Positions 1 to 9,546 of a DNA stretch of 44,162 nucleotides are shown piece after piece. Source of the stretch: a virus (Duplodnaviria > Heunggongvirae > Uroviricota > Caudoviricetes); the IMG/VR virus record IMGVR_UViG_2541047704_000003; one strand, written 5' to 3'. Under the pieces are notes generated by a model. It was not told the origin of the DNA, searched no databases, and worked only from the letters and a program-made list of their open reading frames with translations. The translations under genes were made by a program, and so were the position numbers. Numbering within the stretch: the first letter of the stretch is position 1; each line of letters starts with the position of its first letter.

Positions 1-1143
1 CTATGCTGTTTTGATATCTACGATAATCCAGTCTTTACCACGATCATCATTGTATCGGTCGGTCATTTTTCTGGATTTATGACCTAACAACTTTTGCGTA
101 TCCAGACCCTGTTCCCGATATAACCGTTCTGACAGAGATCGCTGCTCATGAAATGTGGGCGCAGTTCCTGGCTCCCATTTTATGCCACATTTTTCCCTGG
201 CCTTTTTAAAAGCCGTTGTAAGAGTATTTGCAGACACCTGGTCTCCTCTGTTTGCTTGAGAGGTAGTGTGACGGTAATGGACCAGATATTTACTAACAAC
301 AGCATCCCTGCACTGAGATATAACTTCACGAAGGGTAATATTCAGAGCATCGCATTTCAGGTTAAGCGGAATAGCAAGTTTTGAACCGGTTTTTTCCTGA
401 GTAATGTGCAACATGTCGTCCCAGATATCAGAGAATTTCAAATTGCAGATATCGCCTAAACGTTGTCCAGTGACAAGAGCAAGTAGCATCCCGCATTTTA
501 AATAGGGCTGCCGTCTGCTTACGCTGTCAAATATTGCCTGCCATTCGGGCAGTGATAATCTTTGGCGGTTTACTCGATTTCGCGGTTGTTTTGTTGCCTG
601 CGCTGGGTTAAATCCTGGCGGAACATGTCCTGCGTGTTGTGCTTCTTTGAAGACGTCGATCAACACCATTCTCACGACTTGCGCCATCCTGTTATGACCT
701 TCAGCCTTTACAGCATCAATTATTTCGGCAATATCAAGTGCGGTAATATCCTTGAGGTGTTGCATTCCACAATGCTCACGGAAAAGACGAATGGGTTTGC
801 CTTTTTGCCGATAGGAGTTGGGTCTTAGTTCATTATGTTGCAGCCTGTCCTCCTGGATAGAAATATATTTATCAAGCCATTCTGTCACCGTAATGTCTGA
901 GCGCCTGCCTTTCATTCTTTCTAGACGCTCATTGACGCTTAATATTTGTCGGGTACGTTGTTCAGCAATAATGGTATTTGCTTCAGTAGCAACTTGTTTT
1001 GCTTCATTCTCATCAGTTCCTAAGCTATGAAAACGACCGGATAGTGGATGTTTGTATTGCCAATATACCTTTCCGGTTCGCTTATCTAATTTGCAATATA
1101 AATTGGGTATAGAGATTTTGTGAGATCGGGGTCTAGCAGCCAT
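1..1143 (-). CDS. int: tyrosine integrase (lambdoid Int family)
   Basis: 380-aa ORF from track; C-terminal catalytic-region motif LGHKSRKMTDRY; adjacent to xis at prophage edge; stop codon at positions 1-3 so the gene is complete in the window. Confidence 0.9.
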   Translation of the reverse strand: MAARPRSHKISIPNLYCKLDKRTGKVYWQYKHPLSGRFHSLGTDENEAKQVATEANTIIAEQRTRQILSVNERLERMKGRRSDITVTEWLDKYISIQEDRLQHNELRPNSYRQKGKPIRLFREHCGMQHLKDITALDIAEIIDAVKAEGHNRMAQVVRMVLIDVFKEAQHAGHVPPGFNPAQATKQPRNRVNRQRLSLPEWQAIFDSVSRRQPYLKCGMLLALVTGQRLGDICNLKFSDIWDDMLHITQEKTGSKLAIPLNLKCDALNITLREVISQCRDAVVSKYLVHYRHTTSQANRGDQVSANTLTTAFKKAREKCGIKWEPGTAPTFHEQRSLSERLYREQGLDTQKLLGHKSRKMTDRYNDDRGKDWIIVDIKTA

Positions 1144-1369
1144 CAGCGATTATCCGTTGGAGTTTTGGGTTTGCGTTTATTGGGAGTTGCGGTTCTGCAA
1201 GCGTTCCTACAAAACGGGAATTTCGGTCAATCATCCAGTAGCGACCAACTTTTATAGCGGGTGGGGCCATCATTTTCCCTTGCGCGTATTTTTTCAGAAC
1301 TCGCTCACTTGGTGCTAAGTCCCCAAATTCTTCTTTAGCCCAGTCCTGTAAAGTGATTAGTCGAGACAT
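1133..1369 (-). CDS. xis: excisionase
   Basis: 78-aa ORF immediately upstream of int and overlapping its start by 11 nt; assignment by position and size, sequence is not lambda-Xis-like. Confidence 0.6.
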   Translation of the reverse strand: MSRLITLQDWAKEEFGDLAPSERVLKKYAQGKMMAPPAIKVGRYWMIDRNSRFVGTLAEPQLPINANPKLQRIIADGC

Positions 1370-1508
1370 TTGTCCTCCTCTTAGCTGCTGAGGGAGTTTG
1401 TGACCGATATATCTGACATGATATTAAGCTCATGGCAGGTACATCTCTTGACTGGTCATAGAGATAAATTTAATGCTGAGAAATGCAGTATTGAATTTAT
1501 CAATTTTT

Positions 1509-1748
1509 CTATTTCCTGCGTATGGCACGTAACTTCTTAATGTGTTCTGCTGTTTCGATCTCTTCAGCTATCCGATCTGCGTCAGCTTTATTCACAGGTT
1601 CAAAGTCATGATTAAAGCGGAACATGCTGGCGATACATGTTCTGCCTTTTCGGATGTAGTGAACTTTGTTGTGAGTGGAACGCAGGATTTTGCAGGGAGT
1701 GCCGTGGTGGTCGACGTACCAGGTGTTAGGGTAAATCACTCTGAACAT
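1509..1748 (-). CDS. hypothetical protein (early-left accessory region)
   Basis: 79-aa ORF co-oriented with the leftward early operon; no family recognised. Confidence 0.35.
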   Translation of the reverse strand: MFRVIYPNTWYVDHHGTPCKILRSTHNKVHYIRKGRTCIASMFRFNHDFEPVNKADADRIAEEIETAEHIKKLRAIRRK

Positions 1749-1773
1749 TCTTGACCTTGTGTTGTGCGGATTG

Positions 1774-2142
1774 TTATTCAGTGCCGATATTTACCTTTAT
1801 CGCGTATACCTTTACCGGTTTATCACCGAAGTGCGGATGTGTGATTGTCTTCACTTCATATCCGTCATACGGAACATCAACTCTGCGGCTGGAATCGTCG
1901 CGCTTCGGATATCCCTTTGTGATAATCAGGCGGTCATGCTTACGGTTAACGAGGCGCTTTTTCCAGTAGTCATTACACAGGCGATACTCTTCCGTTTTCT
2001 CTCCGCGAATCATGGCATCGAAGTATTCACCTTTAACGGCAAGTTGCAGGTTAGCCACGGTTAACTCCTTGCTGTGTGGCGTCGAGTAATAAATCCCACA
2101 ACCGCTGAGAGCAATTTCCGCATGTACAGCGTTGACCCACAA
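1774..2142 (-). CDS. putative ASCH/PUA-like domain protein (start uncertain)
   Basis: 122-aa ORF; segment LQLAVKGEYFDAMIRGEKTEEYRL resembles the N-terminal signature of ASCH domains; overlaps the upstream ORF so the true start is probably internal. Confidence 0.4.
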   Translation of the reverse strand: MWVNAVHAEIALSGCGIYYSTPHSKELTVANLQLAVKGEYFDAMIRGEKTEEYRLCNDYWKKRLVNRKHDRLIITKGYPKRDDSSRRVDVPYDGYEVKTITHPHFGDKPVKVYAIKVNIGTE

Positions 2143-2791
2143 CGTTTATCGCGTTGCTGATTTCCGGCGTTACCTGTTTAGGAACCATAACCCAACCATC
2201 CGGAGTTACCGGAAGCGAGAACGGCAGCACATCTCTGTGAACAAGTTTTTGCTGTGACAGGTTATCCAGAACTTTCTGTACTGCTGCATCACCGAATACA
2301 CCAAGCGCATCTGCCATAACTCCTACAACCTGATAAGCCTCAGCGCATACCGTGGATAAACCATCCGGAATTACCGGAGAGTTGCCGGGTTCTTTAATGT
2401 GCAAGCGAGGCTCACCATCTTTTGGCTCAGGCCACTGGCGCTCCATGTTGATCTTCAATTTATCTTCCATAGCAACGGTAATTTCAGCATCGCTGATGCC
2501 AGCACGGCGCTGTGCATCCCACAACAGAAACTGCATATCAGCCCACTCGCTAAGATCGTCTGGTTCGGCTGCGGCTTCCAGTGCCTCTTTTGAGAGGTGT
2601 TTCAGTGGACCAATGGGGCCAACGCAGCCAAATGTGGAGTCAGACCATTTGGCATGCTCGTGGCGAATCTGTTCGCGTTCCAGTGATGCCAGTGCAATTC
2701 GTGCTAGTTCCATTTGTTCGCCACGAGTAAGCCCGTTTTCAAGCGGATTTTTAATGAACAATTCAATACGTTCTTTGGTAATAGTGGTCAT
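2051..2791 (-). CDS. hypothetical early-left accessory protein
   Basis: 246-aa ORF in operon orientation; contains NSPVIPDGL junction motif shared with neighbouring ORFs. Confidence 0.5.
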   Translation of the reverse strand: MTTITKERIELFIKNPLENGLTRGEQMELARIALASLEREQIRHEHAKWSDSTFGCVGPIGPLKHLSKEALEAAAEPDDLSEWADMQFLLWDAQRRAGISDAEITVAMEDKLKINMERQWPEPKDGEPRLHIKEPGNSPVIPDGLSTVCAEAYQVVGVMADALGVFGDAAVQKVLDNLSQQKLVHRDVLPFSLPVTPDGWVMVPKQVTPEISNAINVVGQRCTCGNCSQRLWDLLLDATQQGVNRG

Positions 2792-3039
2792 GTGTTAATC
2801 CTCAAAACTTTATGCCCGGGCGCAAAAGTACGTGTTTTGTCTTTGCTTATTCGCCACCCGTCTTTACGGGCCTCTTTTGCACAACCAGACCATGACGTAC
2901 CGATATACTCACCGAAGTCTGGCACTGGATATACACCTTCCGTACACTGGCGACAATCACAATAGAGATGCATGGTGTAACTTGCGGCAATAGCCATATC
3001 ACTCTCTTTTTCCCTGAAGCATGGCAGCGTGGCAGGCAT
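2788..3039 (-). CDS. hypothetical Cys-rich small protein
   Basis: 83-aa ORF with CDCRQC motif; 4-nt overlap with the downstream gene; no family recognised. Confidence 0.3.
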   Translation of the reverse strand: MPATLPCFREKESDMAIAASYTMHLYCDCRQCTEGVYPVPDFGEYIGTSWSGCAKEARKDGWRISKDKTRTFAPGHKVLRINT

Positions 3040-3607
3040 CCTCTACGCCCTTAACTGCATCTGCGCAGTAGTTATAGCGATTGCATTCCACTAACTTCTG
3101 CCTGAGATTTTCAATTGCTTGCGCGACATCAGCCTGTATTACAGGAACTGGCGGAACGGCTGTCTGCTGCTCTCGAACGTCATTAGTCGCTATCGGTTCT
3201 GCTGCCAACTGACTGGCATATTTGTTAATGGTAACGATAAGCTCTTGCTCAGCCTCATCCAGACAATCACCGATACCTCGCCTGTCGCCGTCAAAATCAT
3301 CGAAATCAGCACGAACTCTGGCAAATTTCAGGATTGCGGACAACACCTCACCAGGAATTACCGGAGAGTTGGTTGACGTTTCCGAAATTTCCCGAAAATT
3401 ATTGGTTGACGAATTCGCGTTTTCCCGAAAGTTTCCGGCATGAAGCATAGCCGCGCGGCAGGCGTTCCAGCCTCTCACCTCTGCAATAGCGGCAACAGCA
3501 TCGACCGCGTACATGCTAAGAGGGTTAGGCATTGGTTTTTCTTCAGGTACTACTGGCACTGGCTTGGCATATATAGCGGCTGAACATACCAACCCTTTGA
3601 TAACCAA
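2999..3607 (-). CDS. hypothetical early-left accessory protein
   Basis: 202-aa ORF; contains TNSPVIPGEV junction motif encoded by an 18-nt stretch identical to one in ORF 2051-2791. Confidence 0.4.
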   Translation of the reverse strand: MVIKGLVCSAAIYAKPVPVVPEEKPMPNPLSMYAVDAVAAIAEVRGWNACRAAMLHAGNFRENANSSTNNFREISETSTNSPVIPGEVLSAILKFARVRADFDDFDGDRRGIGDCLDEAEQELIVTINKYASQLAAEPIATNDVREQQTAVPPVPVIQADVAQAIENLRQKLVECNRYNYCADAVKGVEDACHAAMLQGKRE

Positions 3608-3825
3608 CTGTCAGCAATGTTTTTACTCCTCGTTATTGCCGGAATACCTAAGCCATTGTCTGAATGCAGCCATGCCACCGGATTCTCTTCCAGCGATGCC
3701 AGAGCAATTTCATAAGCCCGGCGCTCAACATTGTCTCGCACATCCAAACTGCTGATACGCTCTTTGATTTCTTTAATCAGTTCTTTGTCGGTAAAAGTGC
3801 TCATATCAATCTCCATTGGTATCAA
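3550..3825 (-). CDS. hypothetical protein
   Basis: 91-aa ORF in operon orientation; start possibly at internal MSTFTDKELIK. Confidence 0.35.
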   Translation of the reverse strand: MIPMEIDMSTFTDKELIKEIKERISSLDVRDNVERRAYEIALASLEENPVAWLHSDNGLGIPAITRSKNIADSWLSKGWYVQPLYMPSQCQ

Positions 3826-4570
3826 TGTTTACAGCCTGACAAGACTCTTTGAGCACCCAGTCAATAGCGTCTTTCCATGCCTCTGTTTCGACTGGTGGAT
3901 TTTCACGCTTAACCTGTTCATAGAAGCGCACTGCTTTAACCAGTCCTTCCGGTACTACTGGTGATGGCTGTTTAGCTTCTAAATCAGCAATTCTGTCAAC
4001 CACGGCATCGACAGCATCTGAAAAGCCGAACCAGTTGCTCCACTCCGGCTCATCCCCGGTTGCTGCAAAGTACATATCTGCTAAAGCAGATTCAGCATGG
4101 TCACGCTCGTTAATGAGTTGCTCTTCGCTTTTCTCCAGTTCAGCAATACGCTTACCCCCATCCGAGATAACACCTTCGTAATACTCACGCTGCTCGTTGA
4201 GTTTTGATTTTGTCTCCTCAAGCTCAACTCTCAGCTTCCCAACAGTAAGAGCAATATCCTCGTTCTCCTGGTCGCGGCGTTTTATGTATTGCTGGTTTCT
4301 TTCCCGTTCATCCAGCAGTGCCAGCACAGTAGCCGGATTGGCTGCGGCGATGAATTCAGCATTGGCCTGCTGTTCCATTTGGAAATCTTCATCGAAACCG
4401 CTTTCTGGATGCGCTCCTTCAATTCTGCAAATGGGAATATATCCAGCAACTTCACGATGAATTAGCGCATAATCACCATCAAATCGGCTCTCTCCATATT
4501 CGAGCGACCACTCACCACACGTTGCTTTTTCTGCCGCTTCACGCAGTGCCTGATAGTTAATTTCGCTCAC
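3806..4570 (-). CDS. Ea22-like coiled-coil protein
   Basis: 254-aa ORF with central charged coiled-coil-like region (LEETKSKLNEQREYYE...AELEKSEEQLINERD), in the ea22 position upstream of orf73-like gene. Confidence 0.45.
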   Translation of the reverse strand: MSEINYQALREAAEKATCGEWSLEYGESRFDGDYALIHREVAGYIPICRIEGAHPESGFDEDFQMEQQANAEFIAAANPATVLALLDERERNQQYIKRRDQENEDIALTVGKLRVELEETKSKLNEQREYYEGVISDGGKRIAELEKSEEQLINERDHAESALADMYFAATGDEPEWSNWFGFSDAVDAVVDRIADLEAKQPSPVVPEGLVKAVRFYEQVKRENPPVETEAWKDAIDWVLKESCQAVNIDTNGD

Positions 4571-4788
4571 TTCGAACCTCTCTGTTTACTGATAAGCTCC
4601 AGATCCTCCTGGCAACTTGCACAAGTCCGACAACCCTGAACGACCAGGCGTCTTCGTTCATCTATGGGATCGCCACACTCACAACAATGAGTGGCGGATA
4701 TAGTCTGGTAGTTCAGACGACGCATTTTTATTGCTGTATTGCGCTGTAATTCTTCAATTTCTGATGCTGAATCAATGATGTCCGCCAT
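4567..4788 (-). CDS. TraR/DksA-family C4 zinc-finger protein (lambda orf73-like)
   Basis: 73-aa ORF with CxxC...CxxC pattern (CCECGDPIDERRRLVVQGCRTCASC) typical of TraR/DksA zinc fingers; same size and position as lambda orf73. Confidence 0.65.
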   Translation of the reverse strand: MADIIDSASEIEELQRNTAIKMRRLNYQTISATHCCECGDPIDERRRLVVQGCRTCASCQEDLELISKQRGSK

Positions 4789-4886
4789 CTTTCATTAATC
4801 CCTGAATTGTTGGTTAATACGCTTGAGGGTGAATGCGAATAATAAAAAAGGAGCCTGTAGCTCCCTGATGATTTTGCTTTTCATGT

Positions 4887-5168
4887 TCACCGTTCCTTAA
4901 AGACGCCGTTTAACATGCCGATCGCCAGGCTTAAATGAGTCGGTGTGAATCCCATCAGCGTTACCGTTTCGCGGTGCTTCTTTAGTACGCTACGGCAAAT
5001 GTCATCGACGTTTTTATCCGGAAACTGCTGTCTGGCTTTTTTGATTTCAGAATTAGCCTGACGGGCAATGCTGCGAAGGGCGTTTTCTTGCTGAGGTGTC
5101 ACTGAACAAGCCCCATGTCGGCAAGCATAAGCACACAGAATATGAAGCCCGCTGCCAGAAAAATGCAT
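4887..5168 (-). CDS. lambda orf60a-like hypothetical protein (start uncertain)
   Basis: 93-aa ORF from track; C-terminal part matches my recollection of lambda orf60a; a small hydrophobic orf61-like peptide is encoded in another frame at its 5' end. Confidence 0.4.
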   Translation of the reverse strand: MHFSGSGLHILCAYACRHGACSVTPQQENALRSIARQANSEIKKARQQFPDKNVDDICRSVLKKHRETVTLMGFTPTHLSLAIGMLNGVFKER

Positions 5169-5178
5169 TCAGTGGTTG

Positions 5179-5370
5179 TCATACCTGGTCTCTCTCATCT
5201 GCTTCTGCTTTCGCCACCATCATTTCCAGCTTTTGTGAAAGGGATGTGGCTAACGTATGAAATTCTTCGTCTGTTTCTACTGGTATTGGCACAAACCTGA
5301 CTCCAATTTGAGCAAGGCTATGTGCCATCTCAATACTCGTTCTTAACTCAACAGGAGATGCTTTGTGCAT
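5179..5370 (-). CDS. lambda orf63-like protein
   Basis: 63-aa ORF MHKASPVELRTSIEMAHSLAQIG... matching recollection of lambda orf63, immediately upstream of exo. Confidence 0.5.
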   Translation of the reverse strand: MHKASPVELRTSIEMAHSLAQIGVRFVPIPVETDEEFHTLATSLSQKLEMMVAKAEADERDQV

Positions 5371-5521
5371 ACCGCCTCCCGTTTATTATTTATCTTCTCA
5401 GCCAGCCGCTGTGCTTTCAGTGGATTTCTGATAACAGAAAGGCCGGGAAATACCCAGCCTCGCTTTGTAACGGAGTAGACGAAAGTGATCGCGCCTACCC
5501 GGATATTATCGTGAGGATGCG

Positions 5522-6202
5522 TCATCGCCATTGCTCCCCAAATACAAAACTAATTTCAGCCAGTGCCTCGTCCATTTTTTCGATGAACTCCGGCACCATC
5601 TCGTCAAAACTCGCCATGTACTTTTCATCCCGCTCAACCACGACATAATGCAGTCCTTCACGCTTCATACGCGGGTCATAGTTGGCAAAGTACCAGGCAT
5701 CTTTTCGCGTCACCCACATGCTGTACTGCACCTGGGCCATGTAAGCCGATTTTATGGCCTCGAAACCACCGAGCCGGAACTTCATGAAATCCCGGGAGGT
5801 AAACGGGCATTTCAGCTCAAGGCCGTTGCCGTCACTGCATAAACCATCGGGAGAGCAGGCGGTGCGCATACTTTCGTCGCGATAGATGATCGGGGATTCA
5901 GTAACATTCACGCCGGAAGTAAACTCAAACAGGGCTCTGGCGTCGTTCTCGTACTGTTTTCCCCAAGCCAGCGCCTTAGCGTTAACTTCCGGAGCCACAC
6001 CGGTGCAAACCTCAGCAAGCAGGGTGTGGAAGTAGGACATTTTCATGTCAGGCCATTTCTTTCCGGAGCGGGGTTTTGCTATCACGTTGTGAACTTCTGA
6101 AGCGGTGATGACGCCGAGCCGTAATTTGTGCCATGCATCATCCCCCTGTTCGACAGCTCTCACGTCGATCCCGGTACGCTGCAGGATAATGTCCGGTGTC
6201 AT
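5522..6202 (-). CDS. exo: lambda exonuclease (Red alpha)
   Basis: 226-aa ORF, same length as lambda Exo and closely matching it by recollection; 4-nt overlap with bet. Confidence 0.9.
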   Translation of the reverse strand: MTPDIILQRTGIDVRAVEQGDDAWHKLRLGVITASEVHNVIAKPRSGKKWPDMKMSYFHTLLAEVCTGVAPEVNAKALAWGKQYENDARALFEFTSGVNVTESPIIYRDESMRTACSPDGLCSDGNGLELKCPFTSRDFMKFRLGGFEAIKSAYMAQVQYSMWVTRKDAWYFANYDPRMKREGLHYVVVERDEKYMASFDEMVPEFIEKMDEALAEISFVFGEQWR

Positions 6203-6984
6203 GCTGCCACCTTCTGCTCAGTGGCTTTCTGTTTCAGGAATCCAAGAGCTTTCACTGCTTCGGCCTGTGTCAGTTCTGACGATGCGCGAATGTCGCGGCG
6301 AAATATCTGGGAACAGAGCGGCAATAAGTCGTCATCCCATGTTTTATCCAGGGCGATCAGCAGAGTGTTAATCTCCTGCATGGTTTCATCGTTAACCGGA
6401 GTGATGTCGCGTTCCGGCTGACGTTCTGCAGTGTATGCGGTATTTTCGACAATGCGCTCGGCTTCATCCTTGTCATAGATACCAGCAAATCCGAAGGCGA
6501 GACGGGCACACTGAATCATGGCTTTATGCCGTAACATCCGTTTGGGATGCGACTGCCACGGCCCCGTGATTTCTCTGCCTTCGCGGGTTTTGAATGGTTC
6601 GCGGCGGCATTCATCCATCCACTCGGTAACGCAGATCGGATGATTGCGGTCTTTGCGGTAAATCCGGCATGTACATGATTCATTGTCCTGCTCAAAGTCC
6701 ATACCATCAAACTGCTGGTTTTCATTGATGATGCGGGACCAGCCATCAACGCCCACCACCGGAACAATGCCGTTCTGCTTATCAGGGAAGGCGTAAATTT
6801 CTTTCGTCCACGGATTAAGGCCGTACTGGTTGGCGACGATCAACAATGCGATGAACTGCGCATCGCTGGCATCACCTTTAAATGCCGTCTGGCGAAGAGT
6901 GGTGATCAGTTCCTGTGGGTCGACAGAATCCATGCCGACACGTTCAGCCAGCTTCCCTGCCAGCGTTGCGAGTGCTGTACTCAT
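6199..6984 (-). CDS. bet: Red beta single-strand annealing protein
   Basis: 261-aa ORF, same length as lambda Bet; exo-bet-gam synteny. Confidence 0.9.
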   Translation of the reverse strand: MSTALATLAGKLAERVGMDSVDPQELITTLRQTAFKGDASDAQFIALLIVANQYGLNPWTKEIYAFPDKQNGIVPVVGVDGWSRIINENQQFDGMDFEQDNESCTCRIYRKDRNHPICVTEWMDECRREPFKTREGREITGPWQSHPKRMLRHKAMIQCARLAFGFAGIYDKDEAERIVENTAYTAERQPERDITPVNDETMQEINTLLIALDKTWDDDLLPLCSQIFRRDIRASSELTQAEAVKALGFLKQKATEQKVAA

Positions 6985-6989
6985 CCGTT

Positions 6990-7286
6990 TTATACCTCTG
7001 AATCAATATCAGCCTGATGGTGAGCAATGGTTTCAACTATGTACCGGATGTGTTCTGCCATGCGCTCCTGAAACTCAACATCGTCATCAAACGCACGGGT
7101 AATGGCTTTTTTGCTGGCCCCGTGGCGTTGTAAATGATCGATGCATAGCGATTCAAACAGGTGCTGGGGCAGGCCTTTTTCCATGTCGTCTGCCAGTTCT
7201 GCCTCTTTCTCTTCACGGGCGATCTGCTGGTAGTGACGCGCCCAGCTCTGAGCCTCAAGACGATCCTGAATGTAATAAGCGTTCAT
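6990..7286 (-). CDS. gam: Gam RecBCD inhibitor (short GamS form)
   Basis: 98-aa [24 protein letters not shown]... matching lambda GamS; the upstream in-frame extension of the long form is not open here. Confidence 0.85.
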   Translation of the reverse strand: MNAYYIQDRLEAQSWARHYQQIAREEKEAELADDMEKGLPQHLFESLCIDHLQRHGASKKAITRAFDDDVEFQERMAEHIRYIVETIAHHQADIDSEV

Positions 7287-7361
7287 GGCTGAACTCCTGA
7301 AAATGGCTGTGAAAATATCGCCCGCGAAATGCCAGGCTGATTAGGAAAACAGGAAAGGGGG

Positions 7362-7505
7362 TTAGTGAATGCTTTTGCTTGATCTCAGTTTCAGTATTAA
7401 TATCCATTTTTTATAAGCGTCGACGGCCTCACGAAACATCTTTTCATCGCCAATAAAAGTGGCGATAGTGAATTTAGTCTGGATAGCCATAATTGTTTGA
7501 TCCAT
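7362..7505 (-). CDS. kil: Kil host-killing protein (FtsZ inhibitor)
   Basis: 47-aa reading frame [47 protein letters not shown] (C-terminal part of track ORF 7362-7631) matching lambda Kil; overlaps cIII in another frame as in lambda. Confidence 0.7.
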   Translation of the reverse strand: MDQTIMAIQTKFTIATFIGDEKMFREAVDAYKKWILILKLRSSKSIH

Positions 7506-7638
7506 TTTTTGGGACTCCTGGCTGATTAAGTATGTCGATAAGGCGTTTCCATCCGTCACGTAATTTACGGGTGATTCGTTCAAGTAAAGATTCGGAAGGG
7601 CAGCCAGCAACAGGCCACCCTGCAATGGCATATTGCAT
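7474..7638 (-). CDS. cIII: CIII (FtsH inhibitor, protects CII)
   Basis: 54-codon ORF read by hand on minus strand: [54 protein letters not shown], matching lambda CIII; AAGGAG Shine-Dalgarno 6 nt upstream; below the 60-aa track cutoff. Confidence 0.7.
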   Translation of the reverse strand: MQYAIAGWPVAGCPSESLLERITRKLRDGWKRLIDILNQPGVPKNGSNNYGYPD

Positions 7639-7710
7639 GGTGTGCTCCTTATTTATACATAACGAAAAACGCCTCGAGTGAAGCGTAATTGGTATGCGGT
7701 AACGCCGCGC

Positions 7711-8079
7711 TCAGGCGGCCTTGATAGTCATATCATCTGAATCAAATATTCCTGATGTATCGATATCGGTAATTCTTATTCCTTCACTACCATCCATTGG
7801 AGGCCATCCTTCCTGACCATTTCCATCATTCCAGTCGAACTCACACACAACACCATATGCATTTAAGTCGCTTGAAATTGCTATAAGCAGAGCATGTTGC
7901 GCCAGCATGATTAATACAGCATTTAATACAGAGCCGTGTTTATTGAGTCGGTATTCAGAGTCTGACCAGAAATTATTAATCTGGTGAAGTTTTTCCTCTG
8001 TCATTACGTCATGGTCAATTTCAATTTCTATTGATGCTTTCCAGTCGTAATCAATGATGTATTTTTTGATGTTTGACAT
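7711..8079 (-). CDS. ea10: Ea10-like protein
   Basis: 122-aa ORF in the ea10 position between cIII and ral; matches my recollection of lambda Ea10. Confidence 0.6.
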   Translation of the reverse strand: MSNIKKYIIDYDWKASIEIEIDHDVMTEEKLHQINNFWSDSEYRLNKHGSVLNAVLIMLAQHALLIAISSDLNAYGVVCEFDWNDGNGQEGWPPMDGSEGIRITDIDTSGIFDSDDMTIKAA

Positions 8080-8092
8080 CTATTCATATCCT

Positions 8093-8125
8093 CATAGATA
8101 AAAAATCGCCCTCACACTGGAGGGC
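8093..8125 (-). terminator. rho-independent terminator-like hairpin in leftward operon (tL2-like position)
   Basis: on minus strand GCCCTC-CAGTGT-GAGGGC followed by GATTTTTTAT; lies between ral and ea10. Confidence 0.45.
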
Positions 8126-8261
8126 AAAGAAGATTTCCAATAATCAGAACAAGTCGGCTCCTGTTTAGTTACGAGCGACATTGCTCCGTGTATTCACTCG
8201 TTGGAATGAATACACAGTGCAGTGTTTATTCTGTTATTTATGCCAAAAATAAAGGCCACTA

Positions 8262-8462
8262 TCAGGCAGCTTTGTTGTTCTGTTTACCAAGTTCTCTGGC
8301 AATCATTGCCGTCGTTCGTATTGCCCATTTATCGACATATTTCCCATCTTCCATTACAGGAAACATTTCTTCAGGCTTAACCATGCATTCCGATTGCAGC
8401 TTGCATCCATTGCATCGTTTGAATTGTCCACACCATTGATTTGTATCAATAGTCGTAGTCAT
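8262..8462 (-). CDS. ral: Ral restriction-alleviation protein
   Basis: 66-aa ORF MTTTIDTNQWCGQFKRCNGCKLQSECMVKPEEMFPVMEDGKYVDKWAIRTTAMIARELGKQNNKAA matching lambda Ral. Confidence 0.8.
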   Translation of the reverse strand: MTTTIDTNQWCGQFKRCNGCKLQSECMVKPEEMFPVMEDGKYVDKWAIRTTAMIARELGKQNNKAA

Positions 8463-8675
8463 ACGGATAGTCCTGGTATTGTTCCATCACATCTTGAGGA
8501 TGCTCTTCGAACTCTTCAAATTCTTCTTCCATATATCACCTTAAATAGTGGATTGCGGTAGTAAAGATTGTGCCTGTCTTTTAACCACATCAGGCTCGGT
8601 GGTTCTCGTGTACCCCTACAACGAGAAATCGGATAAACTCTATTCACCCCTACAGAGAGCAAAAGAGAAACGCCG

Positions 8676-9257
8676 ATGAACAACTCATGGTGGCAGGAAC
8701 TAATGCATTTTTTCCTGCAAGGAATGACACTTAAACAGTTGATTCATATGCTAATCATCCTGATCATATTGATTATTGTTATGCCGGTAAGCGTAAAAGA
8801 ATGGATAAACCTGCATAGTCCAGAAATCCTTCCTCATTACTGGATGTATTACATCCTGTTGTTTTGCGTTAGCTATGTGCTTAACGGCGTTGTTAATTCC
8901 GCTTATCACGCTGTGACTGAAAGAATTGAGGTATTCGCTGCTCAGAAGCGCAAATCTAAAGAAGAAAAATATGTGCAAGATTTGTTTGATTCGTTAACTC
9001 TTGGAGAAAGAGCGTATTTGGCATTCGCTGTAGCCGCTAATAACCAGCTACAAACGGAAAAGGGCGCTCATGAATCAATTTCATTGCTCAAAAAAGGACT
9101 CCTCGTTCGAAGGCCTCCTGCTGTTGGATATCCTGATACCGACCGTTTCGTTATCCCTGAAAGCTATAGACATGAGTGCTACATTAGGTTTGCCGGGAAG
9201 GCAGACAGCCTTATGGATGAACTTATCGCTCAGGATAAGCATGGCAAAAACAAGTAA
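8676..9257 (+). CDS. sieB: SieB superinfection exclusion protein
   Basis: 193-aa ORF MNNSWWQELMHFFLQGMTLKQLIHMLIILI... with N-terminal transmembrane segments, closely matching lambda SieB; located between ral and N as in lambda. Confidence 0.85.
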   Translation: MNNSWWQELMHFFLQGMTLKQLIHMLIILIILIIVMPVSVKEWINLHSPEILPHYWMYYILLFCVSYVLNGVVNSAYHAVTERIEVFAAQKRKSKEEKYVQDLFDSLTLGERAYLAFAVAANNQLQTEKGAHESISLLKKGLLVRRPPAVGYPDTDRFVIPESYRHECYIRFAGKADSLMDELIAQDKHGKNK

Positions 9258-9273
9258 TTAGCAAATGAATTTA

Positions 9274-9546
9274 TCATCTCGCCGTCAGTTGTTTTGATTT
9301 CCGGTAGCCTGCCGCGTAAAGAGCTACGTTCGGAAGACAAGTTGAACCTTCATATTTTCTGGTCAACGTTGTCAGAGTTATCACTTCTGCTCTCATTGCT
9401 GGTTTGAGCTTGCATTGCAAGACCACTCGTGAAGGGGTTGGCCTGTGTAGCTTGTCGGAGCTGATCGCCTCCTGACTTTGCAGATTTGCGCGACGAGCTC
9501 TACGGCGAGAAGCTGCGGTGCCTTTAAATTCTGTTTTTCTGGACAT
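9274..9546 (-). CDS. N: N-type transcription antiterminator
   Basis: arginine-rich motif GTAASRRRARRANLQ near N-terminus (N-protein ARM-like); strong GGGAGG Shine-Dalgarno before ATG at 9546 (track ORF extends to 9618); nutL boxA/boxB just upstream; position between sieB and pL. Confidence 0.6.
   Translation of the reverse strand: MSRKTEFKGTAASRRRARRANLQSQEAISSDKLHRPTPSRVVLQCKLKPAMRAEVITLTTLTRKYEGSTCLPNVALYAAGYRKSKQLTAR

Noticed and set aside
148-1030. Plus-strand ORFs 148-384, 562-828 and 818-1030
   Set aside because: Antisense to the well-supported integrase gene; no independent support.
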